From an uncultured virus (IMG/VR IMGVR_UViG_3300006899_000004) (taxonomy: Duplodnaviria > Heunggongvirae > Uroviricota > Caudoviricetes), in the IMG/VR virus record IMGVR_UViG_3300006899_000004: 64,000 nt of DNA; one strand, written 5' to 3'. Of the stretch, positions 1-9,831 are shown piece after piece. Position numbers and translations under genes: made by a program. Positions within the stretch are counted from its first letter, which is position 1; every line of letters starts with the position of its first letter. A model generated the notes under the pieces. It did not search any database. It was not told where the DNA came from and saw only the letters and a program-made list of their open reading frames with translations.

Positions 1-1326
1 TATGACTGTTGGCTCTTTTGAAGAAAAGTGATTCTTAAGAATCAGATCTCTATCGTTAGATGATTTTTGTACTAACAATCTTTGGTCTTTGATCTTTGAT
101 ATTTCATCTGTGATATTGTATGTGACAGTGTGAATTACACCCTTCTCATTTTTGTGATTTTGTAAGATCTGCTTGATAGCTTTAGCAATTTTTGGAGATG
201 TATTTTGAATGTCTTTTTTTGCCATAGAGCCAACAGGAATGTATGTTAGTCCGTATGAGCTAGATTTAAAAGGACTCTGTATACTGATGAAATCTGTCTT
301 GCTGTCATCTAAACCACAAGATTTATAGAATATGTCCTTTTTCAAAACTGTAGCAGACAAGAATAACTTCTTCTTACCCATAACGTATAGTAATTTGTTT
401 GCACCTTCTCCAACTTCAATTGGTTTTACTGTGCATTCTCTAGCGTTCTTGTTGTAGTCGTTATAAACACACACATAGTTGTCTTTAGACGATGTTTTAT
501 CTAACAAAAAACGATTGAGTTGACACAAGTGTTTGTCTAACATCTCGTTTTTCTTTGCAAGAGAAAGAAATAAAACATCATTCACGCTGTTCTTTTTCAC
601 TGCTTTGACAAGCTTCTTGCTAGTTTTCTCCAGCAATTCTTTTAAAGCAGGAGCATATTCATTTTCTAACCACCACATAAAATTTTCTCTTTGTCCAAAA
701 CTGATCTTCAGTTCTTTGTTGCAGAATTTTTCTTCTATAAGAGTTGAAGACCACTTTCTAGTTTCATTTTCAATGCAGTGCGCTTCATCAAAAACAACTA
801 GCTCTCTTGGTTGAAGAGCACCAGCATACACAGTCTCAGATAGAAGATAGGAGTAATTTGTGATTCCAACACACGCTGCTATGAAACTTTTTTTGCACTG
901 TTTGTAAGCACAATCAGAGTCTTTTTTTGCACACGGAATTACTCTGTGAGCTTTTTCACCAAATAAACCTATGATTCTAGAAGTTTCTGCACAACTCTGT
1001 TTAGAATTCCAAGAACAAGTAAAATTTGAAGAAGAACGTATGTCTCTGACTACGTCATTAAAGTCCTTGATATATTGATCTTGAAGAGATTTTTGCGAAG
1101 TCAATACATATGCAGAACCAATTTCATCACTAGATGAAAATTGTTCTGACATCTTACCCAAGGTAACTGCTATTGCAGATTTTCCGATCCCGGTACCTAG
1201 TTCAGCGACTACGTAATCTTTTTGTTTGACGTAAAAACTGTCAACAATAAAATCAAGTGCTCGAGCTTGTTCATCTCTGACCTTATCAAATGGAAAATGT
1301 TGCCGCCAGTCAAGACTTTTGCTCAT
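1..1326 (-). CDS. DinG/Rad3-like SF2 helicase, N-terminal part (runs off the window; missing from the ORF track)
   Basis: Manual translation from ATG at 1326: MSKSLDWRQHFPFDKVRDEQARAL (Q motif), AELGTGIGKS (Walker A), LTSQKSLQDQY, a Cys cluster, ITNYSYLL and LVVFDEAH (DEAH box). Confidence 0.85.
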   Translation of the reverse strand, partial: MSKSLDWRQHFPFDKVRDEQARALDFIVDSFYVKQKDYVVAELGTGIGKSAIAVTLGKMSEQFSSSDEIGSAYVLTSQKSLQDQYIKDFNDVVRDIRSSSNFTCSWNSKQSCAETSRIIGLFGEKAHRVIPCAKKDSDCAYKQCKKSFIAACVGITNYSYLLSETVYAGALQPRELVVFDEAHCIENETRKWSSTLIEEKFCNKELKISFGQRENFMWWLENEYAPALKELLEKTSKKLVKAVKKNSVNDVLFLSLAKKNEMLDKHLCQLNRFLLDKTSSKDNYVCVYNDYNKNARECTVKPIEVGEGANKLLYVMGKKKLFLSATVLKKDIFYKSCGLDDSKTDFISIQSPFKSSSYGLTYIPVGSMAKKDIQNTSPKIAKAIKQILQNHKNEKGVIHTVTYNITDEISKIKDQRLLVQKSSNDRDLILKNHFSSKEPTVI

Positions 1327-1399
1327 CAATATTTTGTACAAAATACTGAAGCTGTGTATTGTTCAAAGTTCCTATATGTTGGATATGTATGCAAGTCTA

Positions 1400-3682
1400 A
1401 TGTTAAATGACAAAAACAGATTAAGAAAGACGTATCCATATTTTAGAAATCAAAATGTTCCGCTTGATACATCGCAAGGAACCTTGACTGCTGGTGCAAA
1501 ATTTGTTTATGAGGGTACCAACAAAGGATCTGAAATACAGGCTCTTCTTAACGCTGGAAACAAATGGATCCACTTAGCAACCCCAAATGGATCTTACACA
1601 TTTGACCAAGGAATATTGTTAGTTGGTTCTGCAAGTTCAAACGTATTGATAACGTCCGCTCCAGGAGCTACATGTATACCTCCACAACAATCTTCTTCCG
1701 CCGTTGCAGATGATGGTGAAGCTTCTTATCTTGTAAGAGCAATTCCAAATACTTACGGCACTGCTGGCAGCACGTCTCTGAACGTTAAAGCAAAAAGAGG
1801 TGAGTGTACACTCTTTTTATCAACTAGCATAAGTTTAGTGGCGGGTGATTATATCAGAATAGAAAAGGGAATCAGGATTGATTCATTAGATACTTCTACT
1901 GGTACATTCACGATATCAGAAGGGGTAGGATTTGCATCAAATACTGCGTTAAGATTATGGCACATGGATCCTATCCAAAATGTAGTCAGCGGCACTATGC
2001 CATCTGCATATTCAACAGCAACAGTGTATTATTACATACCTATCTCTCCAACAACTTTTAAGTTATCAACAGCAGCAGGTCCAGGCGCAGCGGTGACCGG
2101 TGGCACAAATTTTGTTGCACCGCTTTATATTACTCCAAACTCTGCTGTCGAAGATTCATTCAGAAGATCTGACGCTCCGTCTGTACAACCTGCTTATGTC
2201 TATCAAGTTGCTGCAATTAGTGGTACTACGGTTACTACTTCACAGCCGCTAGCTTCATTTCACCAAAAAGGAAACAGAGTAAGAAAGATCTCTCCAGTTA
2301 AAAACTTGGTACTTGATATGGAACTTAATAACTTAAATGGATTTGTTTCTTCGATGTATAGATTAGAAAGCATCGTTAATGGTGAAATTTACGGTGCAGG
2401 TTCTGGCTGCACAAGAGCTATAATTGATGCATGTTATGGCACCAGAGACAGTTCATTTTATTTCAGACACGATGGAAATAACAGCGCTGGCTTTTTAGGA
2501 CACACTTCAGTAAATAATTTTGTGACTGGTGAGTGCAAAGCTGACGTCACGGCGAGCGTTAATTCGCGAGGAATTCCAAGAGCATTAGTTTTTAACAGAC
2601 ACAGACCAACTGACAACTTATTTAAAGATTTGAAATTATTCGGAGGTCACTCTTGTGGATTTGCTATTATGGGTGATCAATGTAGCAGTTTACAAGATGC
2701 TATCATCAGAAATATGAGTTCATCTTTCGCTGGGACTAGAGATCCAACAGTCTTATACGTGGGTTCTGTTCCTTATTCAAGAGCTCCTGGTTTGAGCGTC
2801 GGCCAGTATGATACTCCGCTTTATGGAGAATATACTTTACAGTTTCATTGTGATAATGTGTTGTTAGATAACAACAGAGTTGAGTTTTTTGATCCTTTCA
2901 CGCACTGGAGTGCGCAGGCTGTTATTTCTGACGTTTACAATTTTTCTGCGGGAACAATACAGTGTGTTAACTGGGGTTTCAAACCTTCAATTGCGAAATC
3001 TCTTTGCGCTGGTTTAGCGCTTTTTGATGCATTTGATTACGAAATAGACAAGGTTGAAACTAATGGTCAGTATGTTGGCTTAATTTACTATAACGTAAAC
3101 TCAGGCGATATCAGACATCTCACACTACGACAGACAACAGGTGAGTCAGATATTTGTTATGGTATTGGATTTGTGTATCCATACATTGGCTCTGCTAACA
3201 GAATAGGAAATATGACATTAGGTGTGCAGTATCCAGTAGTAACATGGGCACTGTCAGGCGATGATTTGGGATATCGTTTTCTAAATGTTGAAAATGCTGT
3301 CTTTAATGCAGATAATACTAAGAGTCTGTTTTACATACAAAATAAGACTGGTGCTACCATATCTGATGGTGAACTTGTAGAGTTACACAGCGCTACTATG
3401 TTGTTGACTAATCCAACAGTTGCAAATAGTCCAGAATTGTATGCTGTTTGGGGCTACGGTGCTAGCTCCAATTTTTCTGCATTAGTAAGTAGAACTGGTG
3501 ATATATACGTTACTCTTGCAGCAGCTACTTCAGCATCTGTTGGAGATAAAGTTGTTGCTAACCCAAGTGCATCAAGACATGGTATCATAGATAATACTGC
3601 TACGTCTTATTTTGGCAGATGTCTAACAACAAAATCATCTGGTTCTGCAGGGCAAGTTCTAGTAAGAACAAGCAGAGGTTAA
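1400..3682 (+). CDS. Probable virion structural / tailspike-like protein with a beta-helix-like middle
   Basis: Long G/S/T/N/V-rich ORF with beta-strand periodicity; the only + strand gene in the left arm. The 1319 start overlaps the helicase, so ATG 1400 is preferred. Confidence 0.55.
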   Translation: MLNDKNRLRKTYPYFRNQNVPLDTSQGTLTAGAKFVYEGTNKGSEIQALLNAGNKWIHLATPNGSYTFDQGILLVGSASSNVLITSAPGATCIPPQQSSSAVADDGEASYLVRAIPNTYGTAGSTSLNVKAKRGECTLFLSTSISLVAGDYIRIEKGIRIDSLDTSTGTFTISEGVGFASNTALRLWHMDPIQNVVSGTMPSAYSTATVYYYIPISPTTFKLSTAAGPGAAVTGGTNFVAPLYITPNSAVEDSFRRSDAPSVQPAYVYQVAAISGTTVTTSQPLASFHQKGNRVRKISPVKNLVLDMELNNLNGFVSSMYRLESIVNGEIYGAGSGCTRAIIDACYGTRDSSFYFRHDGNNSAGFLGHTSVNNFVTGECKADVTASVNSRGIPRALVFNRHRPTDNLFKDLKLFGGHSCGFAIMGDQCSSLQDAIIRNMSSSFAGTRDPTVLYVGSVPYSRAPGLSVGQYDTPLYGEYTLQFHCDNVLLDNNRVEFFDPFTHWSAQAVISDVYNFSAGTIQCVNWGFKPSIAKSLCAGLALFDAFDYEIDKVETNGQYVGLIYYNVNSGDIRHLTLRQTTGESDICYGIGFVYPYIGSANRIGNMTLGVQYPVVTWALSGDDLGYRFLNVENAVFNADNTKSLFYIQNKTGATISDGELVELHSATMLLTNPTVANSPELYAVWGYGASSNFSALVSRTGDIYVTLAAATSASVGDKVVANPSASRHGIIDNTATSYFGRCLTTKSSGSAGQVLVRTSRG

Positions 3683-3981
3683 TCTATTGTCGATAGAAGC
3701 CAAGAAGATTTATCGCTTTTGGAGTGCATAATCATTAACATTTCGTTAGAATCGATCGAAAAACAAAGCAACATATAGGTTGATCTAGCGTAAAAAATAT
3801 GATCACTCAAATTTCCAAGATCAACGTAACCAATCACTAGCAACTTCGTGTTTGGTTTAATGATCTTTTTGATGGGTGGAACATGAGCTGTTTTTCTAAA
3901 AGTGTTTAACTCATTTATGTCATAAGAGATAGTGTCATAATCTTTTAAGATGATTATCTTGCCAAGAAGATTATTTTTCAT
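3679..3981 (-). CDS. hypothetical protein
   Basis: 100-aa ORF. Confidence 0.55.
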   Translation of the reverse strand: MKNNLLGKIIILKDYDTISYDINELNTFRKTAHVPPIKKIIKPNTKLLVIGYVDLGNLSDHIFYARSTYMLLCFSIDSNEMLMIMHSKSDKSSWLLSTID

Positions 3982-4162
3982 CTTTTTTCACGCCCAAAGT
4001 CTCAATAGCTTTTGAGACTATATGCACTAACACGTAACTGTTCAAAACGAAAAAGGTTGGATCGTAACTGTCAACTTTCTTTGAAACAAAGAAAGAAAAC
4101 ACTACAACGACCAACCACAACACGTCAAAAATTGAACTTGAGTTTTTCATATTCTAAATAAA

Positions 4163-4194
4163 GCAAAAGCTGGCTCAAAAGAGCCAGCTTTTGC
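4163..4194. terminator. Intrinsic terminator after the VWA gene
   Basis: gcaaaagctggctc-aaaa-gagccagcttttgc hairpin. Confidence 0.7.
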
Positions 4195-4206
4195 GCTAAA
4201 GATCAC

Positions 4207-5853
4207 TCAGCGCCAAGCGCCCTTGAGGATCTTGTTTTTGTCAACGCAGATCTGCAACTCAGATGATTCGAAGTTCAACTTGCATCCACTTCCCAGTACC
4301 CAACCACGTCGACCACGGCATGCACCGGGTGCAGGAGCGATACCGTCAGTCATGATCAATAAACCGTCCCACATACCACGGTTAACCGGATCATTAAAGA
4401 CATTAGTTGGAGCATCGAAGTCCGTACCTCCCATCTTGTCTCTACGAGGGTTCAACTTCTGCCCTCGCTTCCACTCGTAGACGTCTTTAACGTCCGCGGC
4501 ACAGTCAAATGGTAGGATCGAGATGTTGACTTTCTTAGTCAACGTTGCCAGCTCAGCAAAGAACTGAACGAGCATCTCATCACCAACCGATCCACTCTGA
4601 TCAATGGCAATCAACAGCTTTGCGACTCTCGCTCTCTTCATCCCGGGATGAATGTAGGGGAATCGTCTGTTGATTCGTTTGATCGAAGTAGTGCGACCAG
4701 CGGGATTCAAGTTCCCAACGAACTGTCGCAAGACCATTCGCCAGTCAATCTGATTGCTGACGCTCCTGCGGATTTCATCACGGACAGACGCTGGGATGCT
4801 TCCCCATCCGTCAGAACTCTGATCTGCCGCAGCGACCGCTGCTGCGACGATCGAGTTGATCTTTGCTTCGATTGCATCACGTTTCTCATCGGGAATGTTG
4901 TCCCACACGTCGTGGTTATCGAGCGTCTCGATACCGACGTCTTTCAGACCGTAAGGATCGTCGCCAGTGTGACCCTCGTCACAGTCTTCTTCGTGATCAC
5001 ACGGATTTCCTTGCCCGTGAGTGTGATTGGGATCGTTCTCGTCTCCATTTTCACCCTCGCCGTCCGAGCCGTTGTCAGACGGGTTTTCGCCAGGCGAAGA
5101 GCCTTTCTCGCCCTTACCCTTCTGACCCTCGGGCTTGTCGCTCGGATCGTTACCGTTGTCGCCTTGAGTGCCGTCTTTTCCGTCACTCTGAGAGTTCGAC
5201 GGATCACTTTCACTCTGGCTCTGACTTCCCGAGCCAGAACTCTTCTGAGTGATCTTCCCGGGAGGACCAGACATGGGATTGCCACACTTCGAACAGAACT
5301 CCTCCTTCTGCCAGAAGGCGAGAATACTACCGTAGTAGTACTCCGATGCTTCGAGCGTGGGCATCTTTTCAATGTGTTTCGCGAACTTCGTTGCTCCGTT
5401 CTCAGTCTTGGTAGCTTTCCGATCCTTGGGAGGAGTGGGAAGCTTTCCAGGGACAAGAACACAAGAGGGCAGGTGGTTCTTCTCGTTAGAAGTAGCGTTC
5501 TTGTCGAGAATAACGCTGTTGATAGCCAAGTCAGTACTGATGTTCCACGCGACGGGCGGGAACTTTCTACGAGTAGTGAGATGACCGAAAATAGCGTGGT
5601 AAAACTCGTGCTTCACCACACCCACAAGCTCGTTGTCTGACAGACCATCGAGAAACTTGGGATTGTAGTACATGACGAGTTCGTCATCACTCGATTCAAA
5701 CGTGATAGCTGCGGTTGGAATGTCGTCTGTGGCAATCTTTCGCGTTCTACGCGAAATCTCAGCCCAGAATGGAGTCTGGAAAATTTCCGACTTGATGATC
5801 TTTCGATCGAGGACCTCTGGGTCCGAGTCGGTTGGTCTAAAGGTTCTTGCCAT
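4207..5853 (-). CDS. DUF2201-type metallopeptidase + VWA-domain protein (MoxR AAA+ partner)
   Basis: N-terminal HEFYH (HExxH) and WNISTDLAIN; acidic G/S/D linker; C-terminal AIDQSGS MIDAS, GGTDF and MTDG. Confidence 0.85.
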   Translation of the reverse strand: MARTFRPTDSDPEVLDRKIIKSEIFQTPFWAEISRRTRKIATDDIPTAAITFESSDDELVMYYNPKFLDGLSDNELVGVVKHEFYHAIFGHLTTRRKFPPVAWNISTDLAINSVILDKNATSNEKNHLPSCVLVPGKLPTPPKDRKATKTENGATKFAKHIEKMPTLEASEYYYGSILAFWQKEEFCSKCGNPMSGPPGKITQKSSGSGSQSQSESDPSNSQSDGKDGTQGDNGNDPSDKPEGQKGKGEKGSSPGENPSDNGSDGEGENGDENDPNHTHGQGNPCDHEEDCDEGHTGDDPYGLKDVGIETLDNHDVWDNIPDEKRDAIEAKINSIVAAAVAAADQSSDGWGSIPASVRDEIRRSVSNQIDWRMVLRQFVGNLNPAGRTTSIKRINRRFPYIHPGMKRARVAKLLIAIDQSGSVGDEMLVQFFAELATLTKKVNISILPFDCAADVKDVYEWKRGQKLNPRRDKMGGTDFDAPTNVFNDPVNRGMWDGLLIMTDGIAPAPGACRGRRGWVLGSGCKLNFESSELQICVDKNKILKGAWR

Positions 5854-5859
5854 GGCTGC

Positions 5860-5888
5860 ACTCTATTCTAGGCAAAGATTCTTTGCAC
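5860..5888 (-). promoter_or_regulatory. Leaderless promoter GTGCAA-N17-TAGAGT-N6-ATG
   Basis: Exact match to the recurring architecture. Confidence 0.7.
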
Positions 5889-5946
5889 TGTGTGCGCTTT
5901 CTCTGACGCACCACACGCCTCCTTTGGACACCGTCTTTGCTCAGTG

Positions 5947-6056
5947 ACTGCTTCAGCCCACCGTGGGCCCACGGTGGGCTTTGTAACGCACTATAACAGT
6001 TACCCCTTACTAGAAATAAAAAAGCCCACCGTGGGCCCACGGTGGGCTGAAGCAGT
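5947..6056. repeat. 36-bp inverted repeat; each arm contains a perfect 26-bp palindrome
   Basis: agcccaccgtgggcccacggtgggct at 5955-5980 and 6023-6048. Confidence 0.95.
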
Positions 6057-6066
6057 GAGCTGGAAA

Positions 6067-6459
6067 TTATTGATTCAATCTTTCATAGATGTCTTTCATA
6101 AGTTTGAAAGATAACACGCTGATTTCTTTTGAAAGTTGAAAAAGGTACACAAGTTTAGGAACGTGTTTGACTGGAATAAGCAAGCGTTCATAATATGAAC
6201 TTTCAGGTATGATTGCTACAGACCCATCATTCAACACAACTGTGAACGTGTTTTGAAACATATCATCTTTGTAAGAGTGATCAATGACCACACACACTGT
6301 GTATGCTGTACGTTGATCGCTTGGATCACCAAAGTAAACATTCGTGAGATTTTGAAAATTAGAGTGTTTATTTTGCGACACATCAGCAGTGTGTTGCAAA
6401 GCACAAAGACATTGTACATAAACAAGATCTCCAACTTTTATCTTATATCTGTCTAACAT
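6067..6459 (-). CDS. hypothetical, GDLV-family paralog
   Basis: MLDRYKIKVGDLVYV; N-terminus nearly identical to its neighbour. Confidence 0.7.
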   Translation of the reverse strand: MLDRYKIKVGDLVYVQCLCALQHTADVSQNKHSNFQNLTNVYFGDPSDQRTAYTVCVVIDHSYKDDMFQNTFTVVLNDGSVAIIPESSYYERLLIPVKHVPKLVYLFQLSKEISVLSFKLMKDIYERLNQ

Positions 6460-6463
6460 TAGA

Positions 6464-6868
6464 TCATCTTTGTGATCTACGTTTTAGTAGATTTTTACAT
6501 TCAAATTTTAACGTCTTATAGAGACAACTCAACGTCTGTTCTAAAAGCAGCACGAACACTAACTTGTCTGATATGGGTTCTAACGGCAACAGTGAATTGT
6601 CAAAACGAAATTCATTCACAGAAAGCTTGACACCAGTGCCAGACAACACTAGATCATAGCAACAATTTTCAGGATTTTCATCATCAACGTGTTTGATGAT
6701 CAAACACAAAAGATACTTCTCGTGGATTTGAGATGTTTCATTGAAGAACATACAAGATCTTGTGTTCTTAAGAGAAACATTTATGTTATTTTTGAAAAAA
6801 TCACTCAATACAGTGTTGAAATTTACCCAGACAAGATCACCAGCTTTTATCTTGTACTTGTCTAACAT
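6464..6868 (-). CDS. hypothetical, GDLV-family paralog
   Basis: MLDKYKIKAGDLVWV. Confidence 0.7.
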   Translation of the reverse strand: MLDKYKIKAGDLVWVNFNTVLSDFFKNNINVSLKNTRSCMFFNETSQIHEKYLLCLIIKHVDDENPENCCYDLVLSGTGVKLSVNEFRFDNSLLPLEPISDKLVFVLLLEQTLSCLYKTLKFECKNLLKRRSQR

Positions 6869-7127
6869 TAGAACTCACGTGCCATCCCACGGAAACCACG
6901 CGTTTTTACTTATGTCATATTCTTTTGTTTTGACAAGCCATGAAAAAAGAGAGATAAAGTAAAGTGCTAATTTCACTTGATCGACTTGAAGTACGCTTGT
7001 ACAGTTATGTACCTAGCTTCATAGCGTGGTATTTTACAGTGCTTTACTATCTCAGACATCACAGATTTTGGTGAATACCCTTGTGATATCATCTTTTTTG
7101 CAAAAAGCACAATTGTAGTGTCGTAAA

Positions 7128-7334
7128 TCATTGAAATGTTCTGTTGAACTCTGAAAGAAGAGTGTTTATTTCGTTGTTTAAGGATGTCAGTATTGACATA
7201 ATCTGAGTGCGAGTTTTTGGATCACTTGTCTGTGCGGATAGAGACTGTAATTCGCACTTCAGATTATCTAGCAACCTTATTCCCTTATAGATCCCAGTAG
7301 CGTGGGATCTTTCTTCACTGTGGGAGTACTTCAT
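7128..7334 (-). CDS. hypothetical protein
   Basis: Coupled to the upstream ORF (ATGA overlap). Confidence 0.6.
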   Translation of the reverse strand: MKYSHSEERSHATGIYKGIRLLDNLKCELQSLSAQTSDPKTRTQIMSILTSLNNEINTLLSEFNRTFQ

Positions 7335-7618
7335 AGTGAATTTAATTTTGTTCTTTTTACTCGCTTTTTTGAGAAGATCTGAAGATCTTCGTCAGGCGTT
7401 GACTCTTTGTCTTCTGGTGTTTGAACTTCTGCTTCAATTTGTTGAGACTTCTTTTGAAAGAAGTCTCCGTTCAATACATCGTTCACAACAGAATTCAGAA
7501 AACAACTTGATTCTAACTGTTCTAAAGTCAGAATCTCATTCTCTTGAAGATAATCTTCTATTGACATATTTCTACGCATTAAGAACTTGCTTAATGGAGT
7601 CTTGTTTTTGTTCATCAA
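7331..7618 (-). CDS. hypothetical protein
   Basis: Overlapping operon ORF. Confidence 0.65.
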   Translation of the reverse strand: MMNKNKTPLSKFLMRRNMSIEDYLQENEILTLEQLESSCFLNSVVNDVLNGDFFQKKSQQIEAEVQTPEDKESTPDEDLQIFSKKRVKRTKLNSL

Positions 7619-7878
7619 ATTTCTTTCAAGAGGTGTAATTTTGTCAGAATTTCTGACACAACAGATTGAAATTTTGGAGACCTAGCAAGCGCTTCTGCTT
7701 GTTCTTTGGTCATACATAAATTATTCGCTGCTGATAGTTCTGATACAAATTTTCTCATAACACGAAGAACATAATTTCTAGCAGAACTGTGGTTCATTTC
7801 AAAACCAATTATTGTCATAGCTTTAGCGATATCTCTATAGTTGACGCCATCATCATCATTTACTGTTGCGTATTTCAT
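7615..7878 (-). CDS. Small HTH protein resembling sigma region 4.2
   Basis: DGVNYRDIAKAMTIIGFEMNHSSARNYVLRVMRKF fits a helix-turn-helix / sigma4 pattern. Confidence 0.55.
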   Translation of the reverse strand: MKYATVNDDDGVNYRDIAKAMTIIGFEMNHSSARNYVLRVMRKFVSELSAANNLCMTKEQAEALARSPKFQSVVSEILTKLHLLKEI

Positions 7879-8084
7879 CAGTAAATTTTTCTCTTTCTAT
7901 TTGTTGACTGTTTGTGAGACACGAATGTTAACTTTGGTAACGGTTGGTTTGTGATATAGATCCAGTCTGGAATTTGACCGTCATACAGACTTGTGAGAAT
8001 TTTATTCACAAAATCGCTGTTTGATGGTACAGTAAACAGTGGCTCATCCATGACTGTGCGTCTGTCGTACACGTAGTATGTCAT
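7878..8084 (-). CDS. hypothetical protein
   Basis: Overlapping operon ORF. Confidence 0.55.
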   Translation of the reverse strand: MTYYVYDRRTVMDEPLFTVPSNSDFVNKILTSLYDGQIPDWIYITNQPLPKLTFVSHKQSTNRKRKIY

Positions 8085-8317
8085 TTTGTCTTCTCAACAA
8101 GATTTTTACCCGCATTGTTCATATCAATGAATCGTTGCATCAACTGCGCACTCAAGTCTTCTGTCATATCTTTTTTTCTTGGAGAAGTCTGTTCTCTTTT
8201 TAAGAGAGACAACATCTCTGATAGGTTTTTAACATTCATGATTAACACGATGTTTGTCACTAAAATCGCAGCTGACACAATCATCAAAAACATAAGCATG
8301 AAAATTTCAGTGTTCAC
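8081..8317 (-). CDS. Small membrane protein
   Basis: N-terminal hydrophobic helix IFMLMFLMIVSAAILVTNIVLI. Confidence 0.6.
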   Translation of the reverse strand: MNTEIFMLMFLMIVSAAILVTNIVLIMNVKNLSEMLSLLKREQTSPRKKDMTEDLSAQLMQRFIDMNNAGKNLVEKTK

Positions 8318-9006
8318 AGTAAGTTGAACCTTAGCTTTAAGACTGCGAGCTCTTTTGGAGTCAAAGTCTTAAGTGCTGCTGCGATAGTTCTTTCAGCTTC
8401 TTTTGAAACTAACATATCGTATGGATCAGAGTGTTCAGATTCATCAACTAACCGATCTATTTCAGATCTCTTGTCTGGAGATGAATCGCTAAGAGAAACA
8501 ACGTTCTCTTTGATGAGCATAGCAGCTTTTAACACTTTTTCGCTGACGTCAAGAGTAGAAGCAAGCTCTTCAACAGTCGGTTCTTGATCTTCTTCTAAGT
8601 GAAGACGATCTTGAACGTTCTGAGCGGCTCGCTTCTGCACGTTATCAGCGTGAGCGGGTAACCTGATCAGACGCTTGTTATTCAACAGGTGTGTACCTAT
8701 TGCTTGTCTGATCCACCAGACTGCATAAGTTTTGAATTGAAATCCCTTTGTTGGATCAAATTTTTCAATAGCTTTTAGTAAACCAATATTTCCTTCTTGG
8801 ACTAGGTCGTCCAGGGGAATTCCCTTAGACTTGTACGCCAAAGCAAGTTTATACACTAAACGCAAGTTTGATTTTACAAGTTTATCTCTTGCAGAAGAGA
8901 CATCTTTACCTGATCTAAGCCTAGAAAATAGCTCGTTTGTTTCTTCTTTTGAAAGAACGTTGTTTTTTGAGATAGTTTCAGATAAAAAGCTTTTGATTTT
9001 CTTCAA
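8314..9006 (-). CDS. Sigma-70 family RNA polymerase sigma factor lacking region 4.2
   Basis: Region 2: SNLRLV, DLVQEGNIGLLKAIEKFDPTKGFQFKTYAVWWIRQAI. Region 3: IRLP...EPTVEELA. Ends LTPKELAVLKLRFNLL* after region 4.1. Confidence 0.92.
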   Translation of the reverse strand: MKKIKSFLSETISKNNVLSKEETNELFSRLRSGKDVSSARDKLVKSNLRLVYKLALAYKSKGIPLDDLVQEGNIGLLKAIEKFDPTKGFQFKTYAVWWIRQAIGTHLLNNKRLIRLPAHADNVQKRAAQNVQDRLHLEEDQEPTVEELASTLDVSEKVLKAAMLIKENVVSLSDSSPDKRSEIDRLVDESEHSDPYDMLVSKEAERTIAAALKTLTPKELAVLKLRFNLL

Positions 9007-9016
9007 AAGAAAAACC

Positions 9017-9259
9017 TCAGTAGTCTACTTGGTTGTTTTGAAGCCACGTTTTGTGATATTCTGCTCTTTGAGCTCTCATAGAGAGCTCACGTTGAACATA
9101 ACACAAATACTCTTCAATATCTTTTGACTTTTGTTTTGTCTTATAAGACCGCACGATATCACTCTTCACAGCTTTTTCTTCTGCAAAGAGTTCATCATCA
9201 GTCAGTAATGCGAGGTGTTCAGCCCACGAGATCTCAGTCACAGACTCTGTCTTCTTCAT
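9017..9259 (-). CDS. hypothetical protein
   Basis: 80-aa ORF heading the sigma operon. Confidence 0.65.
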   Translation of the reverse strand: MKKTESVTEISWAEHLALLTDDELFAEEKAVKSDIVRSYKTKQKSKDIEEYLCYVQRELSMRAQRAEYHKTWLQNNQVDY

Positions 9260-9297
9260 CTATTCTATTGTTGATTGAAACGCACTTAATTGTGCAG

Positions 9298-9368
9298 CTG
9301 GTGGACAAGGATTCGAACCTTGATTCAGCGGGTCAAAGCCGCTCGTCCTGCCGTTGAACGATCCACCA
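9298..9368 (-). tRNA. tRNA-Gln(TTG)
   Basis: Cloverleaf, acceptor TGGTGGA/TCCACCA, loop CTTTGAC, GGTTCGAATCC; no CCA. Confidence 0.9.
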
Positions 9369-9404
9369 ATGAATTGTAACAGATGTAAGTTACATCAAAC
9401 TAAG

Positions 9405-9472
9405 CGTGCACAGATAGAATCGAACTATCTTCGAGAGTTTTGGAGGCTCTCTCGTCACCTTGACGTGTGCAC
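9405..9472 (-). tRNA. tRNA-Trp(CCA), non-canonical D-arm
   Basis: GTGCACA/TGTGCAC, loop CTCCAAA, T-arm GATAG-TTCGATT-CTATC; D-stem directly abuts the acceptor. Confidence 0.7.
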
Positions 9473-9477
9473 ATTTG

Positions 9478-9551
9478 TGGATCCGACGAGATTTGAACTC
9501 GTAACCTCCTGAGTGCAAAACAGGCGTTCTCCCAGTTAGAACTACAGACCC
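9478..9551 (-). tRNA. tRNA-Ala(TGC)
   Basis: G3:U70 pair, loop TTTGCAC. Confidence 0.9.
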
Positions 9552-9552
9552 G

Positions 9553-9624
9553 TAACAGCGGTGGGACTCGAACCCACGACCTCCGGGTTATGAACCCGGC
9601 AAGCTGCCACTGCTCCACGCTGCT
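9553..9624 (-). tRNA. tRNA-Met(CAT), initiator-like
   Basis: GGG/CCC anticodon stem, loop TTCATAA. Confidence 0.9.
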
Positions 9625-9626
9625 AG

Positions 9627-9697
9627 CAGTTCTTGAAGGATTCGAACCTTCATTCTCTGGGTCAGAGCCAGGCGTCCTGCCGTTGGACGAAAGAACT
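9627..9697 (-). tRNA. tRNA-Gln(CTG)
   Basis: AGTTCTT/AAGAACT, loop CTCTGAC. Confidence 0.9.
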
Positions 9698-9750
9698 GTG
9701 TTGTTAGTAACTATACACTACTTGTTTCTGTGTACATCATGAAAATCACT

Positions 9751-9826
9751 TGGTGGGTGCGGAGGGAGTTGAACCCGCAACCTACTGGTTAAAAGCCAGC
9801 TGCTCTGCCGATTGAGCTACACACCC
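9751..9826 (-). tRNA. tRNA-Lys(TTT)
   Basis: Canonical cloverleaf, loop CTTTTAA, encoded CCA. Confidence 0.92.
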
Positions 9827-9831
9827 ATTTG

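Noticed and set aside
4648..5640. Long antisense ORFs (also 56949-57701, 51849-52580, 31752-32414, 41284-41937)
   Set aside because: Shadows of GC3-biased genes on the opposite strand; no motifs or expression signals
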